Shown here piece by piece: positions 10,601 to 23,194 of a DNA stretch of 64,000 nt. The notes below the pieces were generated by a model. The model did no database searches, was not told where the DNA came from, and worked only from the letters and a program-made list of their open reading frames with translations. The stretch is from Lepidodermella squamata (Eukaryota > Animalia > Gastrotricha), in assembly GCA_047495785.1 (NCBI GenBank), contig JBLDXI010000003.1, positions 2,418,001-2,482,000 on the forward strand, in the 5' to 3' direction. A program made the translations under genes and the position numbers. Within the stretch, counting starts at the first letter, position 1; every line of letters starts with the position of its first letter.

Positions 10601-11580
10601 CGTGCCTTGAGCGGTTCATCGCGGATTTCGACCTACCCGAGACGCTCCTCACCGACCGTGGCACCAACGTGGACTCGCTCGCTGTCCGGATGTTCTGCGA
10701 AAGCCTCGGCATTCGGAAGATACGGACGAGCCGTTTCAACCCCCGTGGCAATAGCCTGGTCGAACGGAGCCACCGGGTGCTGGCTGACATCATCGCAACC
10801 GGCCTCGATCCTAGTCAACCGCGAGCCTGGCATCAGCAGCTGGTTCGGGCCCTGCGCGCCTACAAGACCGCGGTGCATGAAGCCACTGGCGTAACTCCCC
10901 ACGAGGTCGTCTTCGGCTACCCAGCCCGCACGGCGATCAAGCTCTTAGCCGGCCCGGCCACTGGTCCACTTGACCGTCCCGATGGTCCACCAGCGCAACG
11001 CGTTGTGTCCCGCCGGTCTCGCCTCGACGCCCTCTGGCAGCACGCATCCGCCAACCTGGACCGGGCACAACACCACCGCCGCCTCGTCAACGATCGGCAC
11101 GCCAACTCGCGCCGTTTCTCAGTCGGCGACCACGTCGGCGTCCGCCTCGAAGACCACGAACGCCAGGGCAAGTTCGCGCCCCGCTACCGAGGCCCGTTCG
11201 TCGTCACCGCCGTCAACGAGGCCAACAATGACTACCGGTTGGCATCGGTCGAAGATCCGAACACAACGCTCCCTTGGACGAACCGGCGCAAGCTGGTCTC
11301 GTTTCCCGCCTCAGCGGTCGCAAAGCCGCTCCCGCCCTTGGCCTCAGAGGCCCCGTCGGACGTGGCGCTCCCGACGCGTATCCAAGCGCCCTCACCGGTA
11401 ATGGCCCTCCCGGTGGGCAATAACGGGCCTCCGACCGTCGTCCGGCCTCTCGTGGCGGGGGAAGAGACAGCGAAGCTGCGCCCGCTCGCCGCCCTGAGAC
11501 CGCCCGACCGCCTTAACCTCGCCGTCCTCCTGCGCCTCGCCTACCTTGCCGTCGAGGTCGCAAAGCGACTCAAGCGCTGA
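7651..11580 (+). CDS. pol: Pol polyprotein (protease, second protease-like domain, RT, RNase H, integrase)
   Basis: LVDTGA protease; RT LDLRQAFHQ/LPMGL/YQDD; RNase H CDAS..ECLA..TDH..ADGLSR; integrase HHCC, D-D-E core, GPF motif. Open frame 7549-11580. Confidence 0.97.
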   Translation, partial: VKLTGQTGQVAARSCPPDAALATLSAAVDALCDFPLAGTPVTGLVDTGANATIVSAALCRFLALPIIPLPTPVTMRTADGQIVDSRTVLGTAQLPFSSAFGPHQAFVLASPSHDLIVGLDWLRRHQAVVDLRQLRLRGLDWHLPIRLSPPAGPRWASVSVDGRPFYDAQVLVNGRMTTARVSTSSPTSIDCMSMLGANWAPFAPGSLPRLPSSAGRVVPLGLGFLRLHTSTHATDLPVLVVSGDEHRLVLGGSLLFANRAEFNLAAGSFSFAPPSAPDALPADVEDLISRSVSGLGDDDAAAMRALLVEFAPVFSDRSMGIQLKQPLLIETTATRPISVPRRYMGPHKKAELRKHLRFLRERGLIEVGNSPNACCPVIVPKPSAAEPNGTRFTVDFRPRNKFLPDRYHVPPLWEDVTERLHGAKFFCRLDLRQAFHQLPLAEECRDLTTFYGADGEKWRYAVLPMGLSVSPALLQSAMQNEILAGLLDLCIEYQDDCLVYADSVPELLRRLRLVFERFRDFRVSVSAAKCELARPEVKFLGRRLSASGVSPDPDRTRDIALFPRPTCRRDVRSFLGTCNFLRAHLPDFATLAAPLSALTSNAVPFAWSDDCDKSFLALKAAFQQPGILVYPDFSRAFKVMCDASDVGLGCLLMQTGDDGLDRLVAAHSRLLSPAERKYPALEKECLAIVFSCERFREYLLGTRFVLETDHKALLWLQTLRDPSKRVWRWLEMLGDYQFDLVHRPGRLNLADGLSRPSVEPDDVGYTSDDSTLPDVTCAASLSVADSFRLDPAALRAAQLADPDLGPVLRHLDLGEPLPRPLSAGSARLLQLQDTVSKDDAGVFYTSVSDRLFPRLCLILPAVYVPEVIRTAHDAPMSGHLGRRKTLERIRDYCWFPGCYSAVRKFCRDCATCAARKATNQSTTVPLVPLRHADEPFALVAMDVVGPIQPASSQGHRWVLTFYDAFSKLLVAYPLRSTKAPSIVACLERFIADFDLPETLLTDRGTNVDSLAVRMFCESLGIRKIRTSRFNPRGNSLVERSHRVLADIIATGLDPSQPRAWHQQLVRALRAYKTAVHEATGVTPHEVVFGYPARTAIKLLAGPATGPLDRPDGPPAQRVVSRRSRLDALWQHASANLDRAQHHRRLVNDRHANSRRFSVGDHVGVRLEDHERQGKFAPRYRGPFVVTAVNEANNDYRLASVEDPNTTLPWTNRRKLVSFPASAVAKPLPPLASEAPSDVALPTRIQAPSPVMALPVGNNGPPTVVRPLVAGEETAKLRPLAALRPPDRLNLAVLLRLAYLAVEVAKRLKR

Positions 11581-12112
11581 GATCTGCACGAAAACTCTCG
11601 ACATCGATCGGTCCTTCGATCCGCTCCGCCTTGGCGCCGTCTGGCGTCGTTCGCCCGACGGGCGACGGGTATCGTCTTCATTCTCGTTTGTTGTCCTGCC
11701 TTACTACTGTTGTTGTACCGTCCTGACTATCCGGAAACTTAACAGCGCTGTATATAAATATTGTAATTTTTGTACCTGTCCTTTAATTTCTATATGTCGC
11801 TTACCTGTAAATCCGCTGAACCACTGTTTTATTGTAAAATTCCCGCGTGGCAAACCGATGACGCCTGTAAAATAATGATAGTACTTCTTTAATTCAATCC
11901 GATTTAATTTTCTAACAGTTTTTACACTTTCAAACGTTGTTCTTGTTTTTTTTTCCGCCTTGTTGTGATACTCTACGATTTCAAAACTTTTACCGAATGC
12001 CTCTGTTTCATAATGTAAATCTTTTGTATCAATATTTATGCATACCGGGTTCCATCTCAATTTATTGACTATGTATTATAATTTTTGTCCGTACGCTTCG
12101 CTTCATTTCAGT

Positions 12113-12121
12113 GGGGGAGAG
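12113..12121 (+). other. Polypurine tract
   Basis: GGGGGAGAG immediately 5' of the 3' LTR. Confidence 0.85.
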
Positions 12122-12695
12122 TGTGGCGGTGACGCCACCTGGCGTCGTGACACGCGCCCGTTCGGCACGCGTTCGCTTCTCCCGCCACGGCGCCTACTTC
12201 CCTACCTAAGCGCAACTAGCACACTTTCATTCATCAACTTCTTTACTTCACAACTTGTTATTTTACTATGCTCTACCGGTACCTCGTCCTAGTCCTCTCA
12301 CCCTGGCATTGGCTTCTGTAACTTATCAAATTCCATCTTTAATCCGAATTTCTATCGTTAATTAGAACATATTTTATCTATTTTATATCGGTGCGTTGTA
12401 TCGATCCGCTTACCTCAACCGTACCTGCCTACTGCGCGATCGGTAATTTGTTGTTTACTATCTAAGTTCAAGGCCTAAACTTACCTTCCTCTAACAGCTA
12501 TTCTTGCCGTCACTCTAAATATTGCTCCTCCCGGCTGACCGTTTCGCCTTAACACGAACCCGGTATGCGACCTCGCCGTATAATATTTTACCTCCTTTCC
12601 TGACACATTGTTCTGTATACAGGGCCTTTATTTTACCTGAATAAAAGACCTGATTGCCAACAACCAGTTGTGCTCCTATTGGTCTCACTGTTACA
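12122..12695 (+). repeat. 3' LTR
   Basis: Same length as the 5' LTR; only one substitution noticed by eye (G5887 vs T12629). Confidence 0.97.
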
Positions 12696-13310
12696 AGCCC
12701 GGTTCTTTGGTGCGCAATATGGATGTCGGCGGAAAGCCGGAACGAGTAGACGAGTCTTTACCCTCATCAGAGGCAGATTTCTTCGCAGCTTCGGCCTGCG
12801 CTTGCTGGACTAATTCCGCAATTATACTTTTACTACTATATTATTATACTGCGGAATTAGCAAGCGAAAGCCGATGCTGCGAAGAAATCTGCTGCTGCCT
12901 TGTAGCGCAAATACGTCAGGAAAGAAGCTATCATCCCGCCCAAAAAGCGTGGAATGTTTTTATAGAAAATTGCTTCTTTTAATTTTGACAATTTTTTATA
13001 GTGTTCAATGATGTTCTAGACGAAAGTGCGCCTGTGGAAGATTTGGAACAGGCTCTTGACAGCCCATCTATCTCTCCGCTACATCCAGTCAATTCCACCT
13101 CACCTCGATTACCTCTCTCTCCACCTCAGGACGTAACAAATGGAGCCCTAGATATCGAACACCCAACCAACCAAACAACCAAAAGCGGGCTTAACATCGA
13201 TTTGTCAGGTGTCATCACGAAAATAAACAAACGTCATACGGCTGAAAAGGTAATTCATACTTTCTTCAAAGCAAATTTGGCATAAAGGCTTCTATATAAC
13301 ATTCTATAAC

Positions 13311-14624
13311 ATGGCTTCTATAAAATTCGGCAAAGACGAAATCCAATGTTACGAAAATGGTCGGTATCCGTCAGCGACGGAGGGTATCTGGCAATCAGGA
13401 ACGGCAATCCGGTGCATCAGGAACGGCCTAATGTTGTGCGACTACCCGTTCATGAACCAGACAAACTGCATGTCAGCTGCAGCGCGTGATACACGGCTTC
13501 TTATCGCAGCACACGTTTTCGGCGGGAAGTTGAAAGGGGTGGAGAATACGGCACCGAATAACGGGAACCTTCTCGCGCGTATCCATCTCGCAATGAGGAG
13601 GATAATTCACTTCCTACAGCTCTTCGACTCGCCGTTCGACTCGTTCGACTCGATCAATCAGCAAAACATTTGACAGATGGGCCAAGGGGAAAAAGTTATG
13701 AAAAGTTGTGTCGATAAAACACTCATATCAAGATAACTAATTTCGCTCAATTTCAGTCTTCCTCGCTCTCGCCGCTTGACGAATGATAGATGCTAGAAAG
13801 CCGCGTATCACGCGCTGGAGCCGATGTCTTATTTCACGACGACGACATTGTCATCGATTTGCCTGAGAACGTTTCACATGACACTCAACTGAATCAATGG
13901 CTTCATTACAACAAATCTCATAACGATTGTCGTCATCTGTTGTACACGGAATTTACGTAGTATTTCAGCTGGATTTCGATGAAAAAAGTCTGGAGGGCGA
14001 GGCAACATGCTAACCATGAAGTCGTTTCACGGCTTCAGTTTGTCTATCCGAACAACGTCGAGCTAAACTACTGCTTCAACATCAGCCTGGAATCGATAGC
14101 TTTGAAGCAGTGAGAACAATTGGTTCTACCGAATACCAAACCTTCCCCGAGGCAGCCGTTGCTTTGATAAGGAATTGGGATATAGCCGTAGGCCAGTGCA
14201 ACGGCACTAGGCTCATTCTCAAGTCTTATCAACAAGATGATCTTGAGGTGGAAGTTGCATCAGGTCACGTTTTTTTTCTTCCGAAAACACCCATGACAAC
14301 AACAGACCACGAGTATCCCTTCACGCTCAAACGCCTTCAATTTTCTGTACTTCCGGCCATGGCTTTGACTCTCAATCGCGCCCAGGGTCAATCCTTTGAC
14401 TACGTCGACTTATTTTTTCCCAGTCCCCCTTTCGCTCATGAGCAGCTATACGTTGGACTTTCCAGGGCCACGGATTGCCGCACTCAATTTCCTTCCAAAC
14501 AGGGCAATGCGTCATTCATTTTTCACTTTATCGCTACAACTGAATTCAGCGGCGGCGCTGCTCCCAAAGATTTGGTTTGTTCGAGCAATTTTTTTTAAAT
14601 TCGCGCCAACGGGTAAAAGTCTAG
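13311..14624 (+). mobile_element. Internally deleted Helitron (Rep-helicase remnant)
   Basis: DEIQCYENGRYPSATEGIW..VVRLPVHEP, ..LLYTEF..W..R..SFEAVRTI..TFPEAA, then PIF1-type C-terminus GQCNGTRL..RLQFSV..TLNRAQGQS..HEQLYVGLSR; candidate 3' end CTAG|T at 14621-14624. Confidence 0.85.
13474..13823. mobile_element. 350-bp MITE nested in the Helitron
   Basis: ~26-bp imperfect TIRs (CAGCTGCAGCGCGTGATACACGGCTT / AAGCCGCGTATCACGCGCTGGAGCCG), 4-bp TSD ATGT; removal restores KLHVLFHDDD. Confidence 0.75.
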
Positions 14625-14834
14625 TTTGTTACGAAACGATCACGAAATTAATTGAAAAAATAAATATTTTAATTTGAAATTGTTTTACGAAAAGGTACCT
14701 AGTTTGTTACGAAATGTCCCGTTACGAATTTGCGCGTACGAACTTACTATTCACCGAATTTAAATCCGAATGTCAACCCACATTCTCCAACTTCATCATG
14801 ACATTGAAAATTGAAAAAATAGAAACAAAAATAC

Positions 14835-15635
14835 CTTGATGTCCGAGTCCCAAACTTGTTGATAAACGTCACAGATCTGAGTCAAATTCAACGATTGATC
14901 TCCCTCATTCATTTCTTTCACGGCCTGCACTGCATCCATAATTTCACCAGGTTTCATCGCTTGAGAGGTTTTGGCGACTAAATTTCTCCGGTCTTCAACA
15001 ACTTTTTTCACATCGCCGAGGAGTTCTTTACGAACACTTTCAATTTTAAGGCGCAAATTTTCAAGCAAAGCATCGCAATGATCATTGATTTGGCTTGTCA
15101 GCTGATTCGCAGAATCGTCATCGCATTGTGGGCACGTCAACGCGTTCTCCTTATTGTATTCGCGATGAGGACAAGTATCACCGACGTGCATGAATTCTTT
15201 ATAGTTGGATGAAAGCAACCCTCGAGACGCCTTGAAAATCTGTTGCATTCCAACATTGACAGGTAACTCTTCAAAATCAAATAAATCATCAATCATTCAG
15301 GGCTAATTTGTATTGAAACTCACGATCGACAAAATCTAGATCGGTCTCATCGCCAACACATGGGGGGCACAATTCAGCTTTGACGGCATGTTCGCCGCCA
15401 CTTCCGTAAGCCCATTCGTAGCAAATCGAGTGGCCACATGCCGGGAAAAGTGCCATCGGCAGGGAGAATTCGTCGTAACATCGGCCGTATGGTGATTTTT
15501 TACAACTAAGGCACCTCAGGATCTGGAAATTCGAAATTAAATTATTTTGCAAAAATAATCCCAAGTAGAACAAACATCTAAAAGCAGTCCATCGCTAACG
15601 TATTCTTCACGCCGCTGACGTTTAACGGCCTGCAT
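14835..15635 (-). pseudogene. TRIM-like gene A1 (RING-Bbox-CC), damaged duplicate of A0
   Basis: Co-linear with ~1320-2500; RING Cys to Trp (ICYEW), internal deletion fusing half the B-box to the coiled coil, followed by the TE nest. Confidence 0.8.
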
Positions 15636-16022
15636 CACACGATGGGATTAAAAAATAAGGAATCTCTATGGAAATAATCCGAGAAATCTTAGTTTTAAAT
15701 TTGCTGGTAATACGAGCCATCTTCGCCGATTTATTGAATCCGATATATCACTAATAAGACATTTTTTATAAAATACTGGCCATATTGTATCAGGTCTTTC
15801 GTTAATTAATATTAATATATCATTAATTACCGCCAAAATTAGAAAAATCAGCTTTCACTCGTACCATTCACAATAGAAATTAATAGGTTCAAATTATATA
15901 ATAGGATAGGGATTTGTTGACGAAAATCGCAGAATGATAATAATATTGGAGGAGGAAAAATTCGAATCAACAAAATTTAATTAGGTTTGGAAATTGTTTG
16001 AAAGCGAAATGATTAAGCAATT

Positions 16023-18675
16023 TTAGGACGAAGCTTCGAAAATTTCAATCAAAGCTCGAGCATCATTCCAACGACTGCATTCGACCGCAGTTTCAAGAGG
16101 AGTCTTCACATTTTCCCAGGGCTTTTTCGCCAACCCAGGACTTTTTGCACATAGGTACTCAATAATCTGCGTATTTTCGCGCTCGAAATTGAAATAATTA
16201 ATAAGAACAGATCGGCCGGGTCCATCAACTGAATCAGGGTTAAAATTGTATTTTTCAATGAGCATTTCGATAGTTTCGAGACTGCCATACATTGCAGCTT
16301 CGTGTAAAGCATTTCCGCCGTAACCGTCAACCGCATACACATCACAGCCTTGTTCGATAAGAAATTCCAGCAAATCAAATTTGCCATTATCGATCGCGTA
16401 CATGAAAGGCGTCATTTCACACTCTAGAGCGCGAGCCTCCTTAAAAGCGGGTAACAATTCGAATAATCGAGTCAAAATGAGTTTCGAAATTGATGAATCT
16501 TCGCATTGTAACGCGAGGTGGACTAGAGATTCGTTTTCGTCATTAGTAACTCGCAAGTCAGCTCCTTTTTCGATTAAATAATCGAAAATTTCGATTTTTC
16601 CGCGCTCGACTGCACGCATGATTGGTGTGTCTCTTCCATCCACAGCGTCATTTACATCGAAATTATGCTCCTCTACCAAAAATTTGACGACGGCCAGATC
16701 GCCCATCGAAGCGATGTTGAGAAGATTTCGATCATAGCTTCCTGTAGATCTCAGAATTTCAGGGAATTTAACTAAGAAATATTTCAAGACTTCAAGCCGA
16801 CCGCTCCTAGCTGCGAAAAAAGCTGCGTTCTCTTCAGGTAAAATGACGCCAAAACTTCCACGACAATGCGGGTCCACGTGAAGATCTTCGACAAGAAACC
16901 GCACCAATTCAAGGTTCCCAGAGGCAGCAGCAGATTGAATCGGCAATCGCTCATATTTTTCTCGGAAATTTGCAATGTAAATGTCGCAGCCAGGCGGCAG
17001 TCTTTCGTCTTTAATTATATCCTTGGCAGCTTCCGAATCACCATTTTTCAGAGCTTTTTCATACCGTTCAAACTCGTGGATCTTCAAATCAGGCTAAAAA
17101 TAGAAGAATTTTAAAATTAAAAAACTGACTTCGGCAACTGCTTCGATTCCACTTTTATCCTCATCGATTTCCAAGGCAAAGCTCAAAAGCTATAAAGATC
17201 ATTTTGACCAGTTGGAAAAAATGATAAAATCCCGAAAATATAACCATTGAGTTTCTCGTAAAATTCTCTCCCAGGTTCTAAAACTTGAGAACCAGCTCTG
17301 ATTTAACAAAATCGATCGAAGATAAATCAATTTCTTCATTTTCCTTCCCACCAAAATTGTTCAGGTGAACATCTGCGATCGCTCATTTCTCGTGAGTAGG
17401 CAGTCTATCTTGAACTTAAACTATGTCTATGTTCTCAACCTTAATTTTCAAATACAGGAAGTTCAAGGCCAAGATAAGAATCGAGAACTTACTTTTTGGT
17501 AAGACGGGTAACCTTCATCCGAGGGCAAACGAATATGCAGAATTTTGTCGATCAGCTTGGAAATGTGACTAAGCAAAGATTCATCCACCTTAATAGACAT
17601 TTCCTCAAGGCCGAATTCAGGATTCTCCATCAGCCTAAGCTTTATAAAACATCGAAGTAGAGAAAGTTATCAAGACAAGAATTTCTTACCTTCTTGTCGA
17701 ATCTCCGAACTTCTCTGTTGAATTTGCCGGCTATTTCCAGCGAAGCACAGTGCGTTGGAGAGTGATTATAAAAATCATTTAGACCAGATATTTTCTGCAT
17801 GGATGTGTCGAGATCGACTTCGACTCGGTTGTTCACAGTTTCCTTTCTTTCATTCAAAAGGCTATCAAGCTTCTCGATCATTATTTCGCGATTCTTCTCA
17901 ACAGCCAGTCGAAATTTCTCGAATAAATCATCGCAGTGAGAATTTATTTCATCGACCAATTTGTTTCGCAACTTCTCAATCTTGGCCTCGTAGTCTGAGA
18001 TTTTATCTTCGCGGCTTGATACAGCAGCTGAATATCTATTATCGAACTAAAAAAAAATCATAGTAAATTTTTGGAAATTCGATGATTGAGAAACTGACAT
18101 CAACAGAGATCCAACTAGATTCCAGTCTCAGCCGTTCGCAATGAGCTAATGAGCAAGGTTCGCAGAAAGATTTTCCACAATGAGGGCATTTAGACGTTTC
18201 AGCCATGAATAGCACGCCATGTGTACAAATTTCACCCACAATAAAACACTGCTTGGAAGAATCAGAGCGATTGTCGATTTCCCTCAAAATTTTAGCCAGC
18301 GTATAATTCTGGTGAAATCCTGAACTACGAAAATTAAAAAAAAAACTTGAATTTTTCAAAAAACCGACCATTTTCAACTGCAGTGCGAGAGTCACTTTCG
18401 ATACTCGTTTTGTAGCAAATCGGGCATTTCACCTCAGCGAATTTCCGCCGAGATCGGAAACAAGCCATACAAATCGAGTGGCCACATCCGTGTAACAAAA
18501 TTGGCTCGAAAAGAAATTCCCCTTTACAAACCGCGCACTTCGAAATCTGAAAAATTGTCGAATTTTATTGTCGAATTACGGAGAAATCCGCATAGCTGCA
18601 TACATTCTTCAAAGACTCATCGATAGGTTGAATCTGTTCGATTCTTGGCCGCTTAGTTTGACTTTCCGAAGTCAT
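16023..18675 (-). CDS. TRIM-ankyrin gene A2 (multi-exon)
   Basis: ATG 18675 (MTSESQTKRPR); RING ~18370-18546 (CAVC..GCGHSICMAC..CPIC); B-box ~18100-18322; CC ~17690-18028; linker exons; ankyrin exon 16023-~17093. Confidence 0.85.
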
Positions 18676-18828
18676 TCCTTAAATTCTAAAAAAGGAAAAT
18701 AGTATTTTGAATTTTTATTTATTTTCAAATAAATTCAAATAATCATGAAAAATCGTTAACAAATGGTCAAATAAAATGAGATGAAGAACAGGGAAAACAG
18801 CCTCAAATACTTAGATACGAAAATTGAG

Positions 18829-21800
18829 TTATGGATTGATAGAAACAAGACGAGAAACCGCTTCAGGTAAATTGGCCGGGTTACTGCAGTCAAACAGAAA
18901 AAGCGCCGTATCGATAACAAATTTCGACGTCGAATCTTTCGCATTAAAAACCGCCTCAAAGTAACACAATTTCATTTCTTCATCACCCCAATCACGCAAT
19001 AAATCAACCGGGCAATAACCGCCGTGATTCGGATAGATAACCAGAGGCGTGTTTTCAAGAATAAATCTCGCAATTTCAGTGAATCGAAAAACAACCGCGG
19101 TGTGTAGAGGCGAATTTCCGTGATCACCAGCCTCCTTAAAATCCGCACGAAGGTCGACTAGCAGTTTTACAAGGTCGAGATTTCGCGCTTTAACGGCAAT
19201 AATCGTGCAGGTTTCGCCGATAGAATTTCGCGAATTTACATCGATTTTCGAGCTGAACCAACGAACAGCTTCCAAATTGCCCAACCGCGCCGCAATATGA
19301 ATCGGCAAATTCCCAGCACCATCCTCTGAATCAACCAGATCGGGTACTTGTTCGAAGAGAAGATCCAAAATTTCAACCGAAGTCGACTTTGAGACATGGT
19401 GAAAAATTGATTGGCCTGTTTTTGCAGATTTTCTCAAATCAGCCCCTTTTGCAATTAGAAATTCGAGACTCTTCAGCCCGTTCCAGGAAACAGCCGCAGA
19501 TACTGGAGTTACATCGTTTTTATCTCGAAAGTACATATCAGCGCCAGGTTGGCTCCACAAAAATGCAATTAATTCCAACGAATTCGAGCCAGAAATCCAA
19601 TGAAAAACCATACCGCCTTGAGAATCTTTCGAAAGCAGAAGAGAAGGAAATTTTCCGAGTAGATAACGAACAATTTCGAGGTTGTCCTTCATCGCGGCAA
19701 AATGAAAGGCTGTACCGCCAATAATTTGGCCATTTTCACCGGGTTTCGATTGATAATGCGGGTTAACGCCGAGTTTTTCGATGAAAAAGCGGACCAAGTC
19801 GATTGAGCCGGTGATAGCAGCTTGAATCACAGCGTTTTTCCCGTGATCGTTTGGATCTGGGCGGGAGGCGATGTAGGCCAAACACTCTTCAGTCACGCCG
19901 TCGAGATTCAAAATAGCTTTGACACCGTCGAAGTCGCCGTTTCGAACCAGCGAGTGGAATTTCACGATTTCAGTCGGCTCCTGAAATATCAAAAATTAAA
20001 ATCATCAATTAATTTAAAATCAAGTAAATTTTTATTTACACAAAATTATCATTTCAACTCCAAATGTGAAAAACGTATAGAGCCTTGAGAGCAACGAGTT
20101 AAGAGCGAACAACGAAAGAACAATTAATAAAAAAAATCAAGGAAAAAAATGGCATGCGACTTGACATGCGACTTTCTTCTTCGAACTTCGAACTACAATA
20201 ATTTCGAAATTGTATAAAGTGAATTGAGGTGCCGGGCTACTAAGTGGGTCGAGAATCACTTGGCAGTGCTAAGAGATGGAGATGAAGAGATGCTTCAAAA
20301 AAAAACAACTCGATTCGAACGGCTCTCGATGCCTCGCTTGCGTTGTCCGCTCTATATGGCTTACAATACTGCTGATATCGGAAAATTAACTGATTTTTCA
20401 AATCGATACCAGGAAAAGGCTCAAAAACTGAATTTTCAAGTGAATTACGTGGACTGACCGCTTACATTCCGATAAATACGAGCATTATCGGCAAGCAAAG
20501 ATTTCAAATTAATTGAGAAGTAGAAAAGCGAAAAATTAATTTTTTTTGTGACATTCTAGTGTCTCAAGTCTATGGTCCCCAACACTTTTCCTCTTTAGAA
20601 ATTTGTTTTTTCGCCGGCAAACTTAAAAGCCCATTTTCTCAGGCAAACCGATGATTGTCGCGTGTCTCGTTTAGATCCCGGTCGATTTCATTGATATTTC
20701 GGAAGTAAATAATAAATAATTCGAAATTGACGAAATAATTATAAATTAGGGAAAATACTCTAGCTTTTAAGAAGAAAAATTACCTTGGTGCCCGGTTCAG
20801 GTTTGAATATGAAAGGGGGAGCGAGACTTGCAGCAGAATTTCTGACCAAATCGCAAATTTTCTCAACAAAACTTTCATTGAAGTAACAATCCGGGATCTC
20901 GTCCAACCATTGTAACTATGAGGGCACCGATAAATGAATGAATGAAAATTATATAAAAACATGCTGACTAACCATGTCATCGATGTTTACTGCGCATCGA
21001 TAATTGGTAACGACTTGATCGAAATCGAGAAAAAATGATGAAATTCGCGACTGTTTTGCAATTAAGTCCGTTAGTTCAGCAGCGGATGGCCCAGTAAGTC
21101 GGACGTAAGAGCGGGTCGCATGATTTACTAATAATTTCCCAGAAGCCGCGAAAAGTCGGTTATTCTCAGTTAAGTACCGGTTCTTTCGTATGAGCAACAT
21201 TGATTTCAATGGATAAGCTACAGAATCAATTGTTGAAATAATTTTTTCTGCGGTTTTTTTGCAGAACAATCGTAATTTTGCATCCAAATTGCAGATAAAA
21301 TCCTTTTTACTAATCCTCGAAAAAATCGTGTATCGAGTTTCGAACTGAATGAAAATTAAAAAAAAATTAAATTTTAAAATTAAAAAAAATAAAGAATTCA
21401 CCTTGGATGCAATGAAAGCTGTTTCCAGTTTCAGAATTTCAATATGAGCCGGCTGACACGCTTGGCAGAACTTTTTATTGCAATGCAAGCATAACTTGGT
21501 CGAATCAGTGAAAACACCATCATGTGGGCAAAATGACCCAACGTGAGCTTGTTTGCTGTCGTTAACAGCTCGCATTAGCTGACCCGAATACTCAATTACA
21601 GCGAAATTGGTTTTCAAGCCTAAAAGCAACGAAATTTTGCAATTAAAGAGAATATTTATTAAGGAGGATTTCAAACCTTCAATGCCTCCGTGACGCAGCT
21701 TGGTATCTGTGCGGCAAACAGGGCATGTCAATCGCGCACCCTGTTGAAGCGCCCCAACGCAGTTGAAACAAATGGTATGGCCGCAACCCCACAGAACCAC

Positions 21801-22003
21801 TGGTCTTTCGAACGCCTCCAGGCACACCGGGCATTCAAGAGCCTATTGAGGCAAAATAATTGAAACCAATCATTTTTTTGAAAATTTGAGCTGAAATTTA
21901 CCTCGAACATGGAGCCGCCAACATTGATGGCTTCGCCTAGTCTGCAGTGTTTTGTGGCGGTTTTCTCGACAGCCGCATTATCAAACGCGCGTTTACTCGC
22001 CAT
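18829..22003 (-). CDS. TRIM-ankyrin gene A3 (multi-exon)
   Basis: ATG 22003 (MASKRAF); RING ~21680-21843; B-box ~21402-21620; CC ~21000-21344; linker ~20785-20925; ankyrin exon to 18829 (a terminal intron could move the stop to 18756). Confidence 0.85.
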
Positions 22004-23194
22004 TTTCGTCGAAAAATCAAGGCGGAAAATTTGTTATCTAGTGGCAAAACCAAAGATTGGAATAAAATGATATGGATAGTGAAACTGAGTGAAATGAGTG
22101 GATTATTAAGAATATCCAAATATTGAGGAGGATTTTTGAGAATAGGCATAATTTTCATTAGAACAAGCGCGTAAAAGATAAGATGAAAATTTTAATCTGC
22201 AAAATTTTGCAAAATGACCTAATGAAAGCATAATTGGCGCCCAACTTCAAGGGGGATTGAGGCAAATTGCTGTAATACTCGATTTGTTTAAATTAGCTAG
22301 CAAGTCGCTAATACTTGAGACTAACTTTTCAAGTGACTCAAGAGCTGACGCGCGACATGGTCACGCAGTTTCAACAGGAATACTGCCCACTAGCTTGTGT
22401 GTTTTGGCCTGCAATAAGTTGGGGGCTCAGGGTGGGACCGTTATAGCGCCAGCACTAACCCTGTCAGTCAGGCGCGGTGGGGTGGTATAAAAACAAACGC
22501 GCACTACCGCGGGATTTGTGCTTGCTGTTTATATTTGAGATTTGAGGGGTTTTGCCGCAAATCGTTACAACTGCGAGGTGCGCGCGTTACGTAACTAGTG
22601 ACCAGGAGCAAGCGTTAGGGTGATTAATGGTGCTCGCATCGGCGCCTGGTGCGCAATATGTTTGCACACCGAAAGCGGGTACGCAAATAAACAAATTGAA
22701 CAGCCATTAATTCAACTAAAAAACTAAATGAAACTCAACAAAGGCCGGAAAATTCATCCTACTAATTTTAGCGGGACCGAATAATTTTTTTCGATCATTT
22801 TTGGGGTAATCAAGGTCAATGATCAGAAATCAGAATTCTGAGCGACTTTTTGTAAAAAGATGCTCCTCGTTTTGCATTTTAGACAGCTTGTATTTGCAAG
22901 CGAATACGATTAAAATAAAAATAAAAATAAAAATACCTTTCGCGCGACAAGGGCCGGCATAGCTTTTTGCTTAACCACAGCCCAGTTGCATGGGCCGTTG
23001 AAAAATCCATTGAAAGGCATGTAAAAATCAGGAAGAAGATTTCAAAAGGCCGTCATACAATATTGAAATTTCTAAAAATCTACATTAAAAAAATTGAAAT
23101 TTATGTTGACAAATTTATGATTTTTCCCCAGTTTAAAATCTGAGTTTAAAAATCCCAGTTGATGAAAAATTCGAATATCACTGGATCAGCAGTT

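Larger units (their letters stand above)
5380..12695 (+). mobile_element. Full-length Ty3/Gypsy LTR retrotransposon
   Basis: Two 574-bp TG...CA LTRs, 5-bp TSD AGCCC (5375-5379, 12696-12700), PBS, PPT, open gag and pol with PR-RT-RH-IN order; no env ORF. Confidence 0.98.

Noticed and set aside
5928-11604. Numerous overlapping and antisense ORFs within gag/pol
   Set aside because: Expected by-product of high GC content and codon bias; no recognisable domains.
11581-12112. Possible env or third ORF (11546-11875 +, 11704-12060 -)
   Set aside because: Short, AT-rich, no signal, TM or fusion features; consistent with a 3' untranslated region.
20949-21827. Single 292-aa ORF (and similar ORF-track calls such as 29894-31141)
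   Set aside because: Read-through of short in-frame introns (Phe/Leu/Ile-rich junk); these are multi-exon segments.
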